A stretch of 64,000 bases of DNA from Hydrolagus affinis (GCA_012026655.1 JAAILG010000128.1:62001-126000), one strand, 5' to 3'; shown: positions 12,762 to 25,118, counted from the first letter of the stretch. The notes: generated by a model from the sequence alone, not told the origin. Made by a program: numbers and translations.

Positions 12762-14129
12762 ATCTGGACCTTTGGAGCAAAAGTGACTGAAGACATCAAT
12801 AAATAGGTGAATATTGGGTTTTTGGAGAGAGATAGCAATCTACTGCAGGATTTTATGAGACCTTGAGGTAGTTGCCTTGACAGGAGTAAAACTACCATCG
12901 TATTCAATCTTTTGTTATCATCCAGTTATCCTATTGTCATCGGAAGCAGATGAATCCAGATAAATGATTATTCAAATGGAATGTACGCTCCTCATCTAAA
13001 CACAGACTATACAATTTGGAGTGAGTTAACGCTTGGGGACCAGAGAGTGTATGTCGAGGCGCTGTTTAAAAACTAAAACCACATAGCTTGCTGTCGAGAG
13101 CCCACTTACCTCCCCCTAAGAATAATAACTTTCATTTGATGTAGCACTATTCATACCTTCCAAACGTCTCAAAGCGCTTGTCACGAGTCATTCATTTGAC
13201 CTCCAAGCCTTTTAAATGAAGAGCCAATAAGGTATTAATTGCTAACTTTAACAGTAGTTTTGTAAGAGGTGTCGACAGATTGAATAGCCTGCAGGACACA
13301 TTTGAAATGGGGGTCAGGCTGCCAGTGTGCTACTGAAAAGGCAATGGTACTTAATTTGCTTCTGATCTGTGTTTATTGGATTATAGGTGCTAATGTTTCA
13401 TAATGTTCCACAAATGCTTTGACTTGCAGATTTGGCTCTGCAAACTGCAACGGGCAAGGTTTGCAAAGAGGCGCTGCAGTGTGAAATTACATGGAGAAAC
13501 TTGAGCAAATTGAAAAATGTTAACCTTGTCGTGCTCAGTGTTGCAGTGCAGCGAGGTAAATTCAGATTGCGTAACTTTGTACCTGGCAGCGAGTTTTAAG
13601 AATGTACTTACACGCCACTGGCTGGAAAGCACAGAGCAGTACTATCAATCGCCTACAGAGCCTAAGTGGGATAAAGTAACATTTCAAATTAATGCTGCAA
13701 CCTGGATCATTTAAAACTAAGGCTGTGGATTTTATAACCTGGATTATTTCAAGCGACTTGGCTTGTAGACTTCACAAATCGAGATTCCATGTCATTGATT
13801 ATTTCTGAACAGATTCAGGTGCAAATTACTGCTTCCGATGACAATAAGAAACATTTTGAGCAATATATATTATTTTTGGGAAAAGAAATGCAATTGCTTT
13901 TTTCAAGCCATGAATAAGTAATAGCTACAAGATGTACCATTTTGGCGAACCTGAAAGAAAGTGAACAGGCTGGGATGTGATTGTTCTGCTCTGTCAAGCC
14001 GAGGACACCAAATTAAACAAAGGAACCAGGTGTTCAACATTTGTTAACACTAATCTAAAAGATCCTCTCCAATCTCCTCACACTCCCATACCATCTTCTA
14101 TTCTGTCGGATAAATTCGGTCCTGCACTT

Positions 14130-14385
14130 TATGGCTGTTATGTGGGACATAACGGTGCACAAGTTGATAGCCTCATTCGTCTACAAAATAGTCACTGCAC
14201 TTAATATATTCTATGAAGTGCTTTGAGACATCTCAATGATACATGCATCATTTTGATAATATTAATAATTAGACTTACATTAGATATAACTCCTTATAAC
14301 GTCATTGAGACATCTCAAAATGCTTCACAGGATATACTGTAAAGATTGACTGTACATTTTGTGGGCAAAACATGGCAGCCAATGT
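14130..14385. mobile_element. Two SINE 3' halves tail-to-tail (+ 14130-14260; - 14270-14385)
   Basis: tatgaagtgctttgagacatctcaatga at ~14212 is inverted relative to tcattgagacatctcaaaatgcttcaca at ~14302. Confidence 0.75.
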
Positions 14386-15937
14386 TGCTGAAAAAGGGTA
14401 GCCAATGAAAATGATGCGATGCCTGAAGGTGAAGCCATCATCACATCAAGCAACTGTCTTAAGAATCAACCTTATAAATCAAGCCTTGACATAGTGTTTT
14501 GCTGTGGTGGACAGACTCTTTGATGGACAGCAAAGAGCGTGAGCCTTTCCGCCTAATCTGGGCCAAACCCAAACTGCTAAAATTGACATTGTTTCCCTTG
14601 TACAACAGTTTAGGAAACACTTGGCTGGGCTCCATATTTCCATTTAGCTGTGGGAGGCAAAGAAAGAGACAAATGAAAGCTGAAACAAAGCTATGTTTTG
14701 ACTTTTTTTTGTCAAATGCCTGCGATACCCTGGGATCAGTCAGAGCTTTCAGTTTTGCTGACACACCAAAAATGTCACTTGATGAGAGCTTTCATGTCTT
14801 TACATCCAAAGCACTTAGTTTCCCATAAAGAATCAAAGCATTTTATGAGTATAGCACATTCCCCTGCTAGACACTAAGTTAATAGCTGCATTACTAATCA
14901 TAGTCCTTGCATTTGATTTAGTGCCTTATGATCTCGCATCAATGGCATGCCTCAACGCACTTTCCTGTAAAGTGCAGGGACTCCACCTAGCAAATGTTCC
15001 AAAAACAGCCGTGCAGTGAGGAATCAATTGAATTTGGAGAATTGTTGACCAGGATACTCGGAGAAAAATTCTTTGCCTTGTCAGGTACAAGATATTTAAT
15101 GTCCATCTCGACGTGTAAATGTGACCTTCGTTCAAAGTCTCATCCAAAGGAAACGCATCTGATAACAACAACAACAAAATCACATTTGTATAGTGCCTTT
15201 CACGTAACACCAAGGCATTAAGCAGATTTGCAGCTGAGTGATGGTCTCAACAAGACTGAGGTTCCCTTTGTTGTAGCTGTTCAATTTCTTAATGTCCTGA
15301 AAAAAAATCAGCGCCTATGAACTGCAGTCCAATAAACAAAATCAAAACTTCTATCATTTAGGTCATTCAAGGTCAGGCAACTTTCTCTCCAAAGCAAAGA
15401 GCAGCAACAGCAATATCAAGTCTAAGGGACTAAAGAATCGCAAAAGGGGAAATCAGATAAGGTTAAAAGATAGGGATTGTCATCTCTATACATCCTAGCC
15501 TGTGGTAATAAAACTAATCTCTTTTTTTCTTGTTTCTTCACTCCCCCCACCCACCACTCCCCCCACCCACCACCCGCCCCACCACCCACACACAGTAATT
15601 TGCTCGCCTTACAACCACTATAATGCTTATGCAGATGCATTCAGTCCGCTGTTCAATTAAAATACAACAAATGAATTTTTGTTGTTAAAAATCACACAAA
15701 AATTGCTCCTCTCCCTGAAGTGCTACTTGTCTCGTGTCATTAACTCAAGGATACTCGTCCGGTGAGTTTACAGATGCGCTAAACGATAATTCCCCAATGG
15801 CTGCGATTTATCTTCAGTAAGTTAGCATTACATGGCTATTCTCCATTGAATTGTGCTGTAGAATTTCAGCAGCAAGTGTATTGCAGTTACATATTATTTT
15901 ACTGGCACCTAAAAGAAACATGCACCAAACTTCGTTC

Positions 15938-16380
15938 CCCCATTACCCTAGTCCATGCCTGACTTTACTGGCTCCCTGTCCCTGAGAGGATCGACTTCAA
16001 GATCCTCACCCTTGTTTTCAAGTCCCTCCACTCCTCTGCACCCCCTACCTCTCTGACCTCCTCTCTCCTCAAACCAGCACCCATTGCCTTCGCTCCACCG
16101 GGTCTGGCCTCCTTCATGTCCCCCGAATCCTCTGCTCCACCTTCGGCGGCTGTGCCTTCAGCCACTACGCCCCGAGGCTCTGGAACTCCCTTCCTCACTA
16201 CCTTTGTCTTGCCCCCTCTTTTCTCAGTTTCAGGTTCCAGCTGAAGACCTTTCTTTTCGATCGCACCTTTGGTCACCTTTCTACCCCTGCCCCTGGCTCG
16301 GTCCCGGGTTCCACTATTGTGAAGCGCTCTGAGACGCCATCCGGCGTGGAGGGCACTATATAAATCGAAGCTGTTGTTGT
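15938..16380 (+). mobile_element. L2 LINE 3' end (ORF2 C-terminus, 3' UTR, (TTG)n tail)
   Basis: Translates with frameshifts as WLPVPERIDFKILTLVFKSLHSSAPP...AFSHYAPRLWNSLP...LKTF.FD.., a typical L2 C-terminus; highly similar to 44548-44939. Confidence 0.92.
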
Positions 16381-17356
16381 ATTTCCCATTGCAAGTATCA
16401 GCGTTCAACTACTCTGTGTATGTGTATGCTCTGTGCATGCCTGTCACTGTGATGCAGTGTGTGCATGCAGGCGTTACATCTGAAACAATTTAAAAGTGAG
16501 TGGGATTGCTGATAGCCTCATCCAACAAATGGCTGTTTGTGGGACTCCAACTCCAAAATATACAGTCACTACTTTTTACTGTAAAAATCCAGAGAAGCCT
16601 TCGGATGTGAAAGGCGCTATATCAAAAACTAGCGTTATAGTTATTATTACCAATAAACGAAGGGAGGAGAACCATTTAAGTGTTACTCCAGAAGCTTTCA
16701 AGCCACGCATCATAAAATCTGGTGCATTAGTCACACCGAAGGGAAGATCATAGCGTGACTTTTATTGCACAAGATCGCTTGCATTAATGTCGGAGTAGCA
16801 TCTCCAGCTAAAACCTGCATGAGGCTGTGGGTGAGACATTGGATTTCACACTAACTGGCACTATTTATCAAATTAAAATCTTGTAGCATGTCATGCTGGG
16901 GGAGACAGCATGGCTTGGCTGAGCATCCTGCCAGTATATGGGTGAGGTTGGAGATCCAGCTGGGAAGCACTTTGAGTTACCAAGCTTAGCTACACTGCTG
17001 GATACCTGGCCGAACGCAGGAACGCCTGCACTTAGTGCCATGCTGAAGTAGCGTGACATGCGCAGCACCCAGCCTTTGCTAAAAAATATAGATATAAAAA
17101 TATATATATAAAATAACAGCTCCGAGCTACAAATCTGAAGCTTCTCGTTCTTTCCAGTGACATCACGTGGCTTTGGGAACACACACTTCAATTTCCTACA
17201 AATACACAGTCGTTTCATTTCACAGTAAATCTTGCAAAGCACATTGAGATGTCCTTCCGTTGTGATAAGGCCCCAGACCAAATGCAAGGGATCTTATTAC
17301 AGGCACAAAATTAATTATTGCAAAGCACAAAGCAAAAGGAAAGGTAATGTCAGTGA

Positions 17357-17757
17357 GGGGTCAGCCCGGCTCAGTTGGTAGCACTCTCGCCTCTGAATCA
17401 GAAGGTTGTGGGTTCAAGCCCCACTGGTCCTTTGAACTCACATGGTCTAGGATGACACACCAATACAGAGCTGAGCGTCATTGCATTTGTGGAGGTGCTC
17501 CTGTTTCCTTGTTGAGACGGACATTAAGATCCTGTGGCTCTATTTGAATAGAGGGAGTTTCTCTTGGCCACCAATCTCCAAAATAAGTCGTTATTCACAT
17601 CATGATTGTTTGTCGGACAATACTGAGCGCGAAATTGGCCGTCGCACTCGCCTATAAAATACAGTATACGCACAGTCGCTAGACATTGGTGTATTCTGTG
17701 AAGTGCTGTGAAACACCTTCTTGTTGTGAAAGGCGTTCTATCAAACGTAAGGGTTAC
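17357..17757 (+). mobile_element. Full-length tRNA-Deu SINE (family B, SacSINE1-like)
   Basis: tRNA head with A box (ggctcagttgg) and B box (ggttcaagcc), Deu-like body and tail gtgaagtgctgtg...gtgaaaggcgttctatcaaacgtaag. Confidence 0.9.
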
Positions 17758-19344
17758 AGTTAAAATCTTGACATTTCAGTACCGTGGGTAGAAAGGAAAA
17801 ATGAAAAATCTGCAGACAAATGCTTTAAAAATACACCAAGGTTCAACTTCCTGATTTAAAACTTGCAACCAAGTACTTTTAGAATATTCCAAAACTCTTC
17901 GAATAGACTTGTGGCAACCAAAGGGTTAAATTCCCAGGGAGGATGGTGGGGTGGGGGTGGGGGGGGGGGAATGATTGATTGGCCTGTAATTCCCTGCTAA
18001 GAATAATTGATGAAAGAAGTCCACTGGTTACTTTAGAGATTTCCTACAATCCCTTTCAGAGTTGTTGAAAGGCACTGAAAGGCAAGCCGATGGTTGCGGC
18101 TAAACAAGCTTGATCATCAGCCAGGCCAATCGGACGAGTGCGGAGATATTTGCTTGCTGCTTTTGCAGTAGTTCACTGCCAACCTGGAATTGTCAGTTGA
18201 TTGATAAACACTTCACGTCTTGGATTATTGGCAGATTCCTCCTTTGTTGAAGGCACCTTATTGCAAGATTCAAAACATCTGCTGTAGGCGGGAAAAGCCT
18301 GGCCGCCACAGATAGACAATAGCTGTTGTCTTTCAGAGGCTTTAAAGTAAGCAATGTCAGCAGGTGTTTCCAAGTTTTTTGTGTTGGGGGAGAGGGTAAA
18401 AAAAAATTAAGAAAAGATAATGTAGAATATATCTCCCAGGTGGGACGTTTAATGTTCCATCGCACCAGATTGTGGTGTCTGATGATTTATTTATCTTATT
18501 GCAATTTGAGAAGCCACTTGATTTGCAACTAAAAAATACATGATTTATTTGAAAATAAATTGCATTTCCCACAAAGATTGGGGAGGGGAAAAAAACCCCG
18601 AAAGGCACCACATTTCATATTACTTATCATTTGTCATGTATTTTGGTGCATCTCTATTGCTGGCATACACCTGCACACATCAATTTGGCCCCTGAGGTAT
18701 TTAACTACTTGCTTAAAAATATGATGGAATACCTAGATTTGTAAAATACTGTCAGTAAATTAACAAAGTTCCTCCTTGGTTAATTTCACACACTGTAAAC
18801 ATGAAAAATGTATTGTCTGTGAGCATCCATTAATCTACATTAAATACATTAGCTGTGTTAATGAAAGAGAAAAATGTGCCAGATAAACTTTTTTTTAAAA
18901 TCAATTCTGATGGGATCTTAAAATGATCGGAAATATCCACATCACAGCCCAAGATGCCACCTACGCTTAACCTGGAAGGGTATTTTGTCATAACAGAGTG
19001 CAAAATTCCACAATTCAACCTTCGTTCAGAACAACAACAACGCCTTTCTCGTAGTGTAGAAAAATGATTAACAGAGTGGGAAGCACAGTCGAAGACAAAG
19101 GTCTTCAGGCATGATCTGAAATAGGCAAGCTGTTTATTACTAAGAACTGTGGAAGAACCAGCTTCCAAATCAAGACTGAATTTAAGAATTATCCATCATT
19201 CTGCAGATTCTTATGATTTGAAGGCAAAATTCCTTGTAGGCTAAGGCTAGGTGGAATTTCAGGCCTCAGTGTCCTTTGGAATAATGCAGAATTTTTTGTT
19301 CAACAGTAGTTAGTATTCCTCAGCCAAATGGTACAGCTTATTTT

Positions 19345-19540
19345 GATGTTCACCTACAAAAATGCAGTCATTGCACTTTACAGTATATTCTGTGAAGCGT
19401 TTGGAGACATGCCCTCAATGTGAAAGGCGCAATATCAAAAGCAAGAATTATCACTGTTATTCTCATCATATTTCCAAGGGAATCAATCCTCCCGCTTTTG
19501 AGGCGAGTGCGCTAACCGCTAAGCTACAGGACCCCACTAA
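19345..19540. mobile_element. SINE tail (+, 19345-19460) followed by an antisense SINE tRNA head (-, 19477-19535)
   Basis: Tail consensus is visible; gaggcgagtgcgctaaccgctaagctacaggaccc is the reverse complement of a family A head. Confidence 0.75.
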
Positions 19541-21815
19541 ATAACAGCAAAGAGCTTGACTGAAGTCAGAGAGCGGTCATTTAAATCCCAGCTTTGACTG
19601 ATGTTTCGATCTAATTTTCTCCTCGTTCATTCATTCATATTGATCCCGTTCGACTGATACATATAGACTTTACGGACAGCAGGTTGGACTCTTGCTGCTC
19701 ACGAAAAGAGTCAACAACATTCTTTTTTTTAAAAAAAAGCATTCCGAAATGTAATTAACTTTGGCACTCAAGCGGTTAAAATAATATTACTGGAAATTGA
19801 TGGGATCCTTTATTTCTGTATCCCAGTGCCTGTGCATTCGCTGTATTCAATTTCGCTGACAGTCCAGGGAGACGTGCATCTGTATTTTCTGATCTCCCCT
19901 GCAATGTAATGGCCATACATCTGTATTTCCCGATGCCTGTGACAGTTATTGGCGACTATATGCCCATGACATCCGATTTCCCCTGTGGTCTGAGGCTATC
20001 CAGCCATGGCATCCAATCTTCCTTGGCTCAGCGGAACGCTCCACAGTGGGAAAGATGAAAAGCTAACCAGAGCAGTGCTACATCGCAGAAGCACACCTCC
20101 TACTGATTGGGCAGGGAACTACCCTGAAGATATCCGCAGGTCATGTCTGGAGTGATTCCCTTTGCCAGCGAAATAAATAAGCACAGCGATAAGCGATAGC
20201 ATCAGAGATATATACAGCAATGGTGAGAAATTGGACATTACCGAGGGTTATGTTGGTGAAACTTAAAGAAAAGAACATAGTTTTCACTTTAGCTACCTTT
20301 AAATCCAACCCATAAAACTACACAGAAGGGACAGGATTTCTTCAAAGATTCCAAACAACAGAATTGGAATAAGATGGTGAAAATCTTGAAACCATTTCAC
20401 ACTTGAAAACCCTCGTGCTGACAAAGCAACCAGTAAATCCACAGAGGCATTGGGTAGCAAGTGAGATAAGTAAATCTGAAATGAAAATGGAATCAAAAAA
20501 CATCTGCCTGCACACAAAGCTTCTGCCAGCTTCAAATCTGCAGTCTTCAAGCCAAGAAACTCTTTAAAGTTTTGTCTGAAAAATTACAAACAACAGGAGG
20601 TCCAGTCCATAGAATAAACCGCAGTAAGTCAAAAGCACCAGTGAGGTCCACACAGTTTTTTTTTAAATGGATTTTTCTTTAAACCAATACCCCAGTCCTT
20701 TTTGGAATACAATGTTCTATGTTTTTTGGAATAAAAAATGTGCGCTCGTGTATTCATCCTTACAATTGCCACTTTGTTACACTGAGAAATAAATTTTTCT
20801 TCCTATAATCACAATAACAATCCTTGCCTTTGATGGATGTAGCGACTTGTCATGTCATCAAGATATCTCAGTGTGCTTCACAGGATTCACTGTGACTTTT
20901 AGGAAGGTATTCTTTGCTGAGGCAGGGTTCGAGAGGGTGAATTCAAGGGATTGTCAACTGGACTTTGAGGTCATAAGTTTGTTGCCCAGAAGCTGAACCT
21001 GAGGATCTTCATCTTGCTGAAGCAGTAACAATAGGCGGGTGTAAAGCGAGCCCAAAGCTTGTTTGTACAAACCTGGATAATCATACACAGTGTTTCTAAA
21101 GCTTAGAAAGGGGATGAGGTGGAAGGGTTGAGGCAGGGCATTCGCCTGCAAAATACCCGGGTGTAATGACTGAGTAATGCGGTGAATGCGGCAGCTCATT
21201 TGCACGCAACAACGTCCCACAAACAGCCACAAAAATTAAATTCTATTTTTATCTGGCGGGGGGTGGGGGGGGAGGGGAAATTGCCTACTTGGCACGTTAA
21301 TCCTTCAAAGACCTTATTACTTGGATCAGCTTGTCCTCAAAGTGCTACGTTACCAAGCTGGTCTCGGCACCTCTTTCAGTGTCTTCACTGAGAAGTTTGC
21401 CTTTGCGTCTGCACAATAAGCTACTTGGGTTTATCTTGTGCCAAGGAATGCGTTCGTGTGCTGCTGCTGAAAACCTCAGCGAAAGCAGTCAATTTCTTAG
21501 CCCACAAACCATTCTTTCTCAGTCCATCCTTGTAACTCATTATTATCCCTTGAGAAGAGTCTCCTTTGTGAGCGTGTATGGAGTTTACTTACTTTACTTA
21601 ACACTTTACTTACAGCTTATTTAGCGCATATTTGCATAAGGAAACAACTTCACGTTTGTGGGTACATGTGACTTGTAACTAACTGCATAGAGAGGGAAAT
21701 GTGACAGTGTGTACATTGCGTAAATCATGCAAAACAGGGAACAACTCAATTAGAATCTACATGAATGTGGGTGAAACACAGGCCTAGAAAACTGCCATAG
21801 AGAACGCCAACATTC

Positions 21816-21893
21816 CTTTCACTCACGTACAGACTCATAACTCACCGGTGCCTGTGGTGCCCTTGAGTTACGAGTCGTTCACGCGAGTGAAAG
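21816..21893. repeat. Imperfect inverted repeat (29/30-nt arms, 19-nt loop), MITE-like
   Basis: Left arm ctttcactcacgtacagactcataactca; reverse complement of right arm ctttcactcgcgtgaacgactcgtaactca. Confidence 0.85.
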
Positions 21894-22731
21894 AACACTC
21901 ATAACTCAAAGGTACCAGTGAGAGATCCTCCATTTAATTGACCGTGATGAAGTTTTTAGCCTTGAGGTAAAATCATTTTGTCTCCCATCTCATTTTTTCT
22001 CTACCTTGCTCCTTCACTGTTTATTAATAGTTTTCTGTACACAAAGCCCCACTCATATCTCCCGCACAGCCCTCATTCAGCCACTGTGCTCCCTACCTTC
22101 CGGAGTTTTCTTGGTGCCTTGGGACATCCCAACATCTTGAGAGAAAATGCAATTTTGTTTTTGTTTCTCCCTCAACCCCCACCCCCACCCCACCCCCAAC
22201 CACCCATCTCATCCCTTTGCTGAGTTTCAAAACACTGTGCAGGATCACACAGGTCTATAACCCTAGCGCTCATTTTGCACCTAGCTCATTCTTAATGCTT
22301 TGCGAATGGTTCAGCGAGATGAAAAACCTCAGGCTTTGCTTTCGAACAATAAAGTGTTGACCTTAAGGTCCAGTTGACGAGCCCCAAGCTTAATCCCTGT
22401 CAAAACCCATTTCAGCAAAGAGAAACTAAAAGGCTTCTGACCTGCTCATTCTCTTCTTTCTCTCTCCCCTCCCACGCGCCCCGCGCCCCCCCCCCCACTC
22501 CCCCCGTTACCTTTTCCACTCACAAACTAACACTGGAACAATTGAAGGTCAGGGGTTAGTTTCCAGGTCTTTAAACTCATTAAACAGCTTACTTCTAAAC
22601 TGCATTCATTTGGACCGCTTAATTTACCACCAGCAGATTAAAGCCCTGGCAGGAGCGAAAACAGCAGCACAATCGCAGTCTTAGCAATTGGCCAGATCTG
22701 CAATTGAATCTGAAATTGGAGCTCCTGTAGC

Positions 22732-22795
22732 TCAACAACTACAACAACATTAAATTTGTATAGCGCCGTTCATGTCAGGAGGACATCCCAAGGCG
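22732..22795 (-). mobile_element. Tail-only L2 insertion inside the head of a SINE
   Basis: Splits a family A head: ctgtagctca|acaactacaac...ggacatcccaaggc|gtggtggtttgagcactc. Confidence 0.8.
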
Positions 22796-23115
22796 TGGTG
22801 GTTTGAGCACTCACCTTACAAGCGTGAGACCTGTGTTCGAATCCAGGCAAATCAGGGCGAAACATTGGGCAAGTTTCCTTACTCCACATGCCTAATAATA
22901 ATGCATCCCAAAAAAACCACAAAAATAAAAATTGGTCATTTCAATCCACAACTGTTTGTGGGACACTGCTGTGCGCAATTGGCTGTTGCATTTCACCCAG
23001 AAATATACAGTCAATTCACTTTACAGTACAGAAAAGTATATTCTGTGAAGCACTTTGAGATGTCGATAAGATGTGAAAAGCACTATATCAAATGCAAGGA
23101 TTATTATTATTATCA
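22796..23115 (+). mobile_element. SINE family A, short subfamily, near full length
   Basis: B box gttcgaatcc; tgggcaagtttccttactccacatgcctaataataat; Deu-like 3' body; L2-type tail with (att)n. Confidence 0.92.
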
Positions 23116-23389
23116 TCAAATACCTTCACCCAAATGTTTCCGTATCTTGTGTCGTTTAAAACCCACGTTTTTGTTGAAAAATGCGCAGTACTCATTTGTT
23201 TCAGTTAAAGAACTCAATTCTGATCCTCCCAATAGAGGCTGCCAATAATATCTGTCTACGCATCAGCAACGAGGTGACTCAAGGAATATATAAGTTAACC
23301 ACAGCTTTAAACCCGACCCCATTTAGTTTTGTTCAGCTGAGTTGCTGGTATATACAGAAAAACAACAACATACAGAAAACCATCAGCAG

Positions 23390-23775
23390 AGTCATATAGC
23401 TCAGTGGTTAGCACGTTTGCCTAGCAAGCGAGAGACCTGGGCTCAATTCTCTACAGGGAAAAATGTTGGTCAAGTTTCCTTACTCCACACACCTCAGTTT
23501 ACTTAGCCATGAGTTTGAAAGCACTCTTGTTAGTCGATCGGTGGATCGCTTTTCCAGAGGTAATAATTCCGTCAAAAATTAATAATAAATTGTCACTTCA
23601 ATCCACGATTGTCTGCGGGGCTCTGGCTGTGTACAACTGGCTGCTGTGTTTTGCCCACAAAGAATACAGTCAATTCACTTTACAGTATATTCTTGAAGCA
23701 CTTTGAGACATCTCAAAAAGACGTGTTAAGGTGCTATGTCAAAAGCAAGGATTATTATTACTAATATTATAATTA
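23390..23775 (+). mobile_element. SINE family A, long subfamily, full length
   Basis: A box tagctcagtgg; caagtttccttactccacacacctcagtttac; ggatcgcttttccagaggtaataat; tail with (att)n. Confidence 0.92.
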
Positions 23776-24134
23776 TCACCACTGCTTTGGATTCTAAGTC
23801 ACAGAGGTAGAGCACTTCAGAATTGGTTCAGGTAGTAAACTTTGTAAAACTAAAACAAAACTGAAAGGACAGCACCAATGAGTACTTTACAAGGGCACAA
23901 GGAGCCTTTGGGGCAGAACAACCTCTTATATGATGGAGTTACTAATGCAGATCCTGAGTTTAATATAAACTTCTGGTTTGTATTATCGCTGATGCCCTTT
24001 GCTCATAGAAGACAAGAGTTTGATTTTAACATCCTCCGCATCACCTGCAGCGCAGAAACATAAAATAAAATATTGACTTGCAATGGTGGGTTTCAGGAAT
24101 TTGGGACATTTTTGTTCTTACAAGATTGATTTGA

Positions 24135-24400
24135 ATGAAGAAGCCTCTTCATCCTATCTGGCTCCATCCTTCCAGAACACCCACCTCTCCCTCCCATCAA
24201 GTTAATTTTTTTTTAATTCACCCAGTGACCCGACTTCAACCATTTTTCCCGACGTGAAAGGCGCTCTATAAGTGTAATTTGTTGTTGTTGTTATTGTGCC
24301 CATCATTACATCTCTGGGTGGGAAATACTTCCTGGTGTCTGTGCTAAACTTGTTCTTTGTTACCCTGGACTTGTATCCTCTCTCCCATATCACCACAAAC
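24135..24400 (-). mobile_element. CR1 3' end interrupted by a plus-strand tail-only L2 (24245-24295)
   Basis: ORF 24202-24396(-) 'RGYKSRVTKNKFSTDTRKYFPPRDV...KMVEVGSLGELKKN' is a CR1 C-terminus; insert cccgacgtgaaaggcgctctataagtgtaatt(tgt)n. Confidence 0.8.
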
Positions 24401-24717
24401 TAAACCAATACAGGCATTGCACGCATTACACCCAGGAAAGTGGGCAGAGCCTCCATTCCTGCCATCATCTTTCCAGCTTGTGGCCAGGATGACTCTGCCA
24501 TTTACTGCGAATAGTCTGCCATCTCCTGGCCATGAGAAGCTCTGCGCTGAATTACACAGGAATCTTCTAAGTGCAGTATTGTACCTTCGGTGAGGTTTTT
24601 ACCAGATTTTAATTTTAAAAACTTACAAAAAAAGTCTTTAAAATGAGCAATTTGCTTTTCTTACAAGTGGTTTAAAGAGACCTTTTATTGACTCTCTAGG
24701 TTTCTTGTGAAAAGTGA

Positions 24718-24783
24718 AACAATAAAATTACATTTGTATAGCATCTTTCACATCAGGAAGACGTCCCAAGGCGCTGGACAGTT
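24718..24783 (-). mobile_element. Tail-only L2 insertion
   Basis: aacaataaaattacatttgtatagcatctttcacatcaggaagacgtcccaaggcgctggacagtt. Confidence 0.85.
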
Positions 24784-24984
24784 ACTGGTTCAGGGATTGA
24801 TCTCTTGTTAACATCATGCAGGACATCAGAATTTAGACGCAATGAGCCCACTCCATTACAGACCAATCCGTGCCATTAGCGCTACCTCCCAAATTCCAAT
24901 TCCTCTGCCTTACCGCCACACCCTTTAACATTTTGTGTTATTTCCAGGTATCAACTCCATTTCCTGTTAACCCCCTCATTCCGA

Positions 24985-25118
24985 TTATCTGTGCGCAATT
25001 GGCTGCTGCCTTTTGCCCATAGAATATAGTTAGTTCACTTTACAGTAAATTCTGAAAAGCGCTTTCAGACGTCTCAAAGACGTGATCAGGCACTATATCA
25101 AATGCAAGGATTGTTATC
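24985..25118 (+). mobile_element. SINE family A 3' part
   Basis: tgtgcgcaattggctgc...aagcgctttcagacgtctcaaagacgtgatcaggcactatatcaaatgcaagg. Confidence 0.9.

Noticed and set aside
15965-16408. 147-aa minus-strand ORF
   Set aside because: Antisense reading of the L2 3' end.
17357-17430. tRNA-like sequence (also 23390-23460, 27500-27577, 54120-54192)
   Set aside because: These are SINE heads with A/B boxes that run into SINE bodies; no complete cloverleaf.
22772-23248. 158-aa ORF, and similar ORFs sharing 'YSVKHFE..KCKDYYYY'
   Set aside because: Translations of SINE sequence; the recurring peptide only reflects the repeat.
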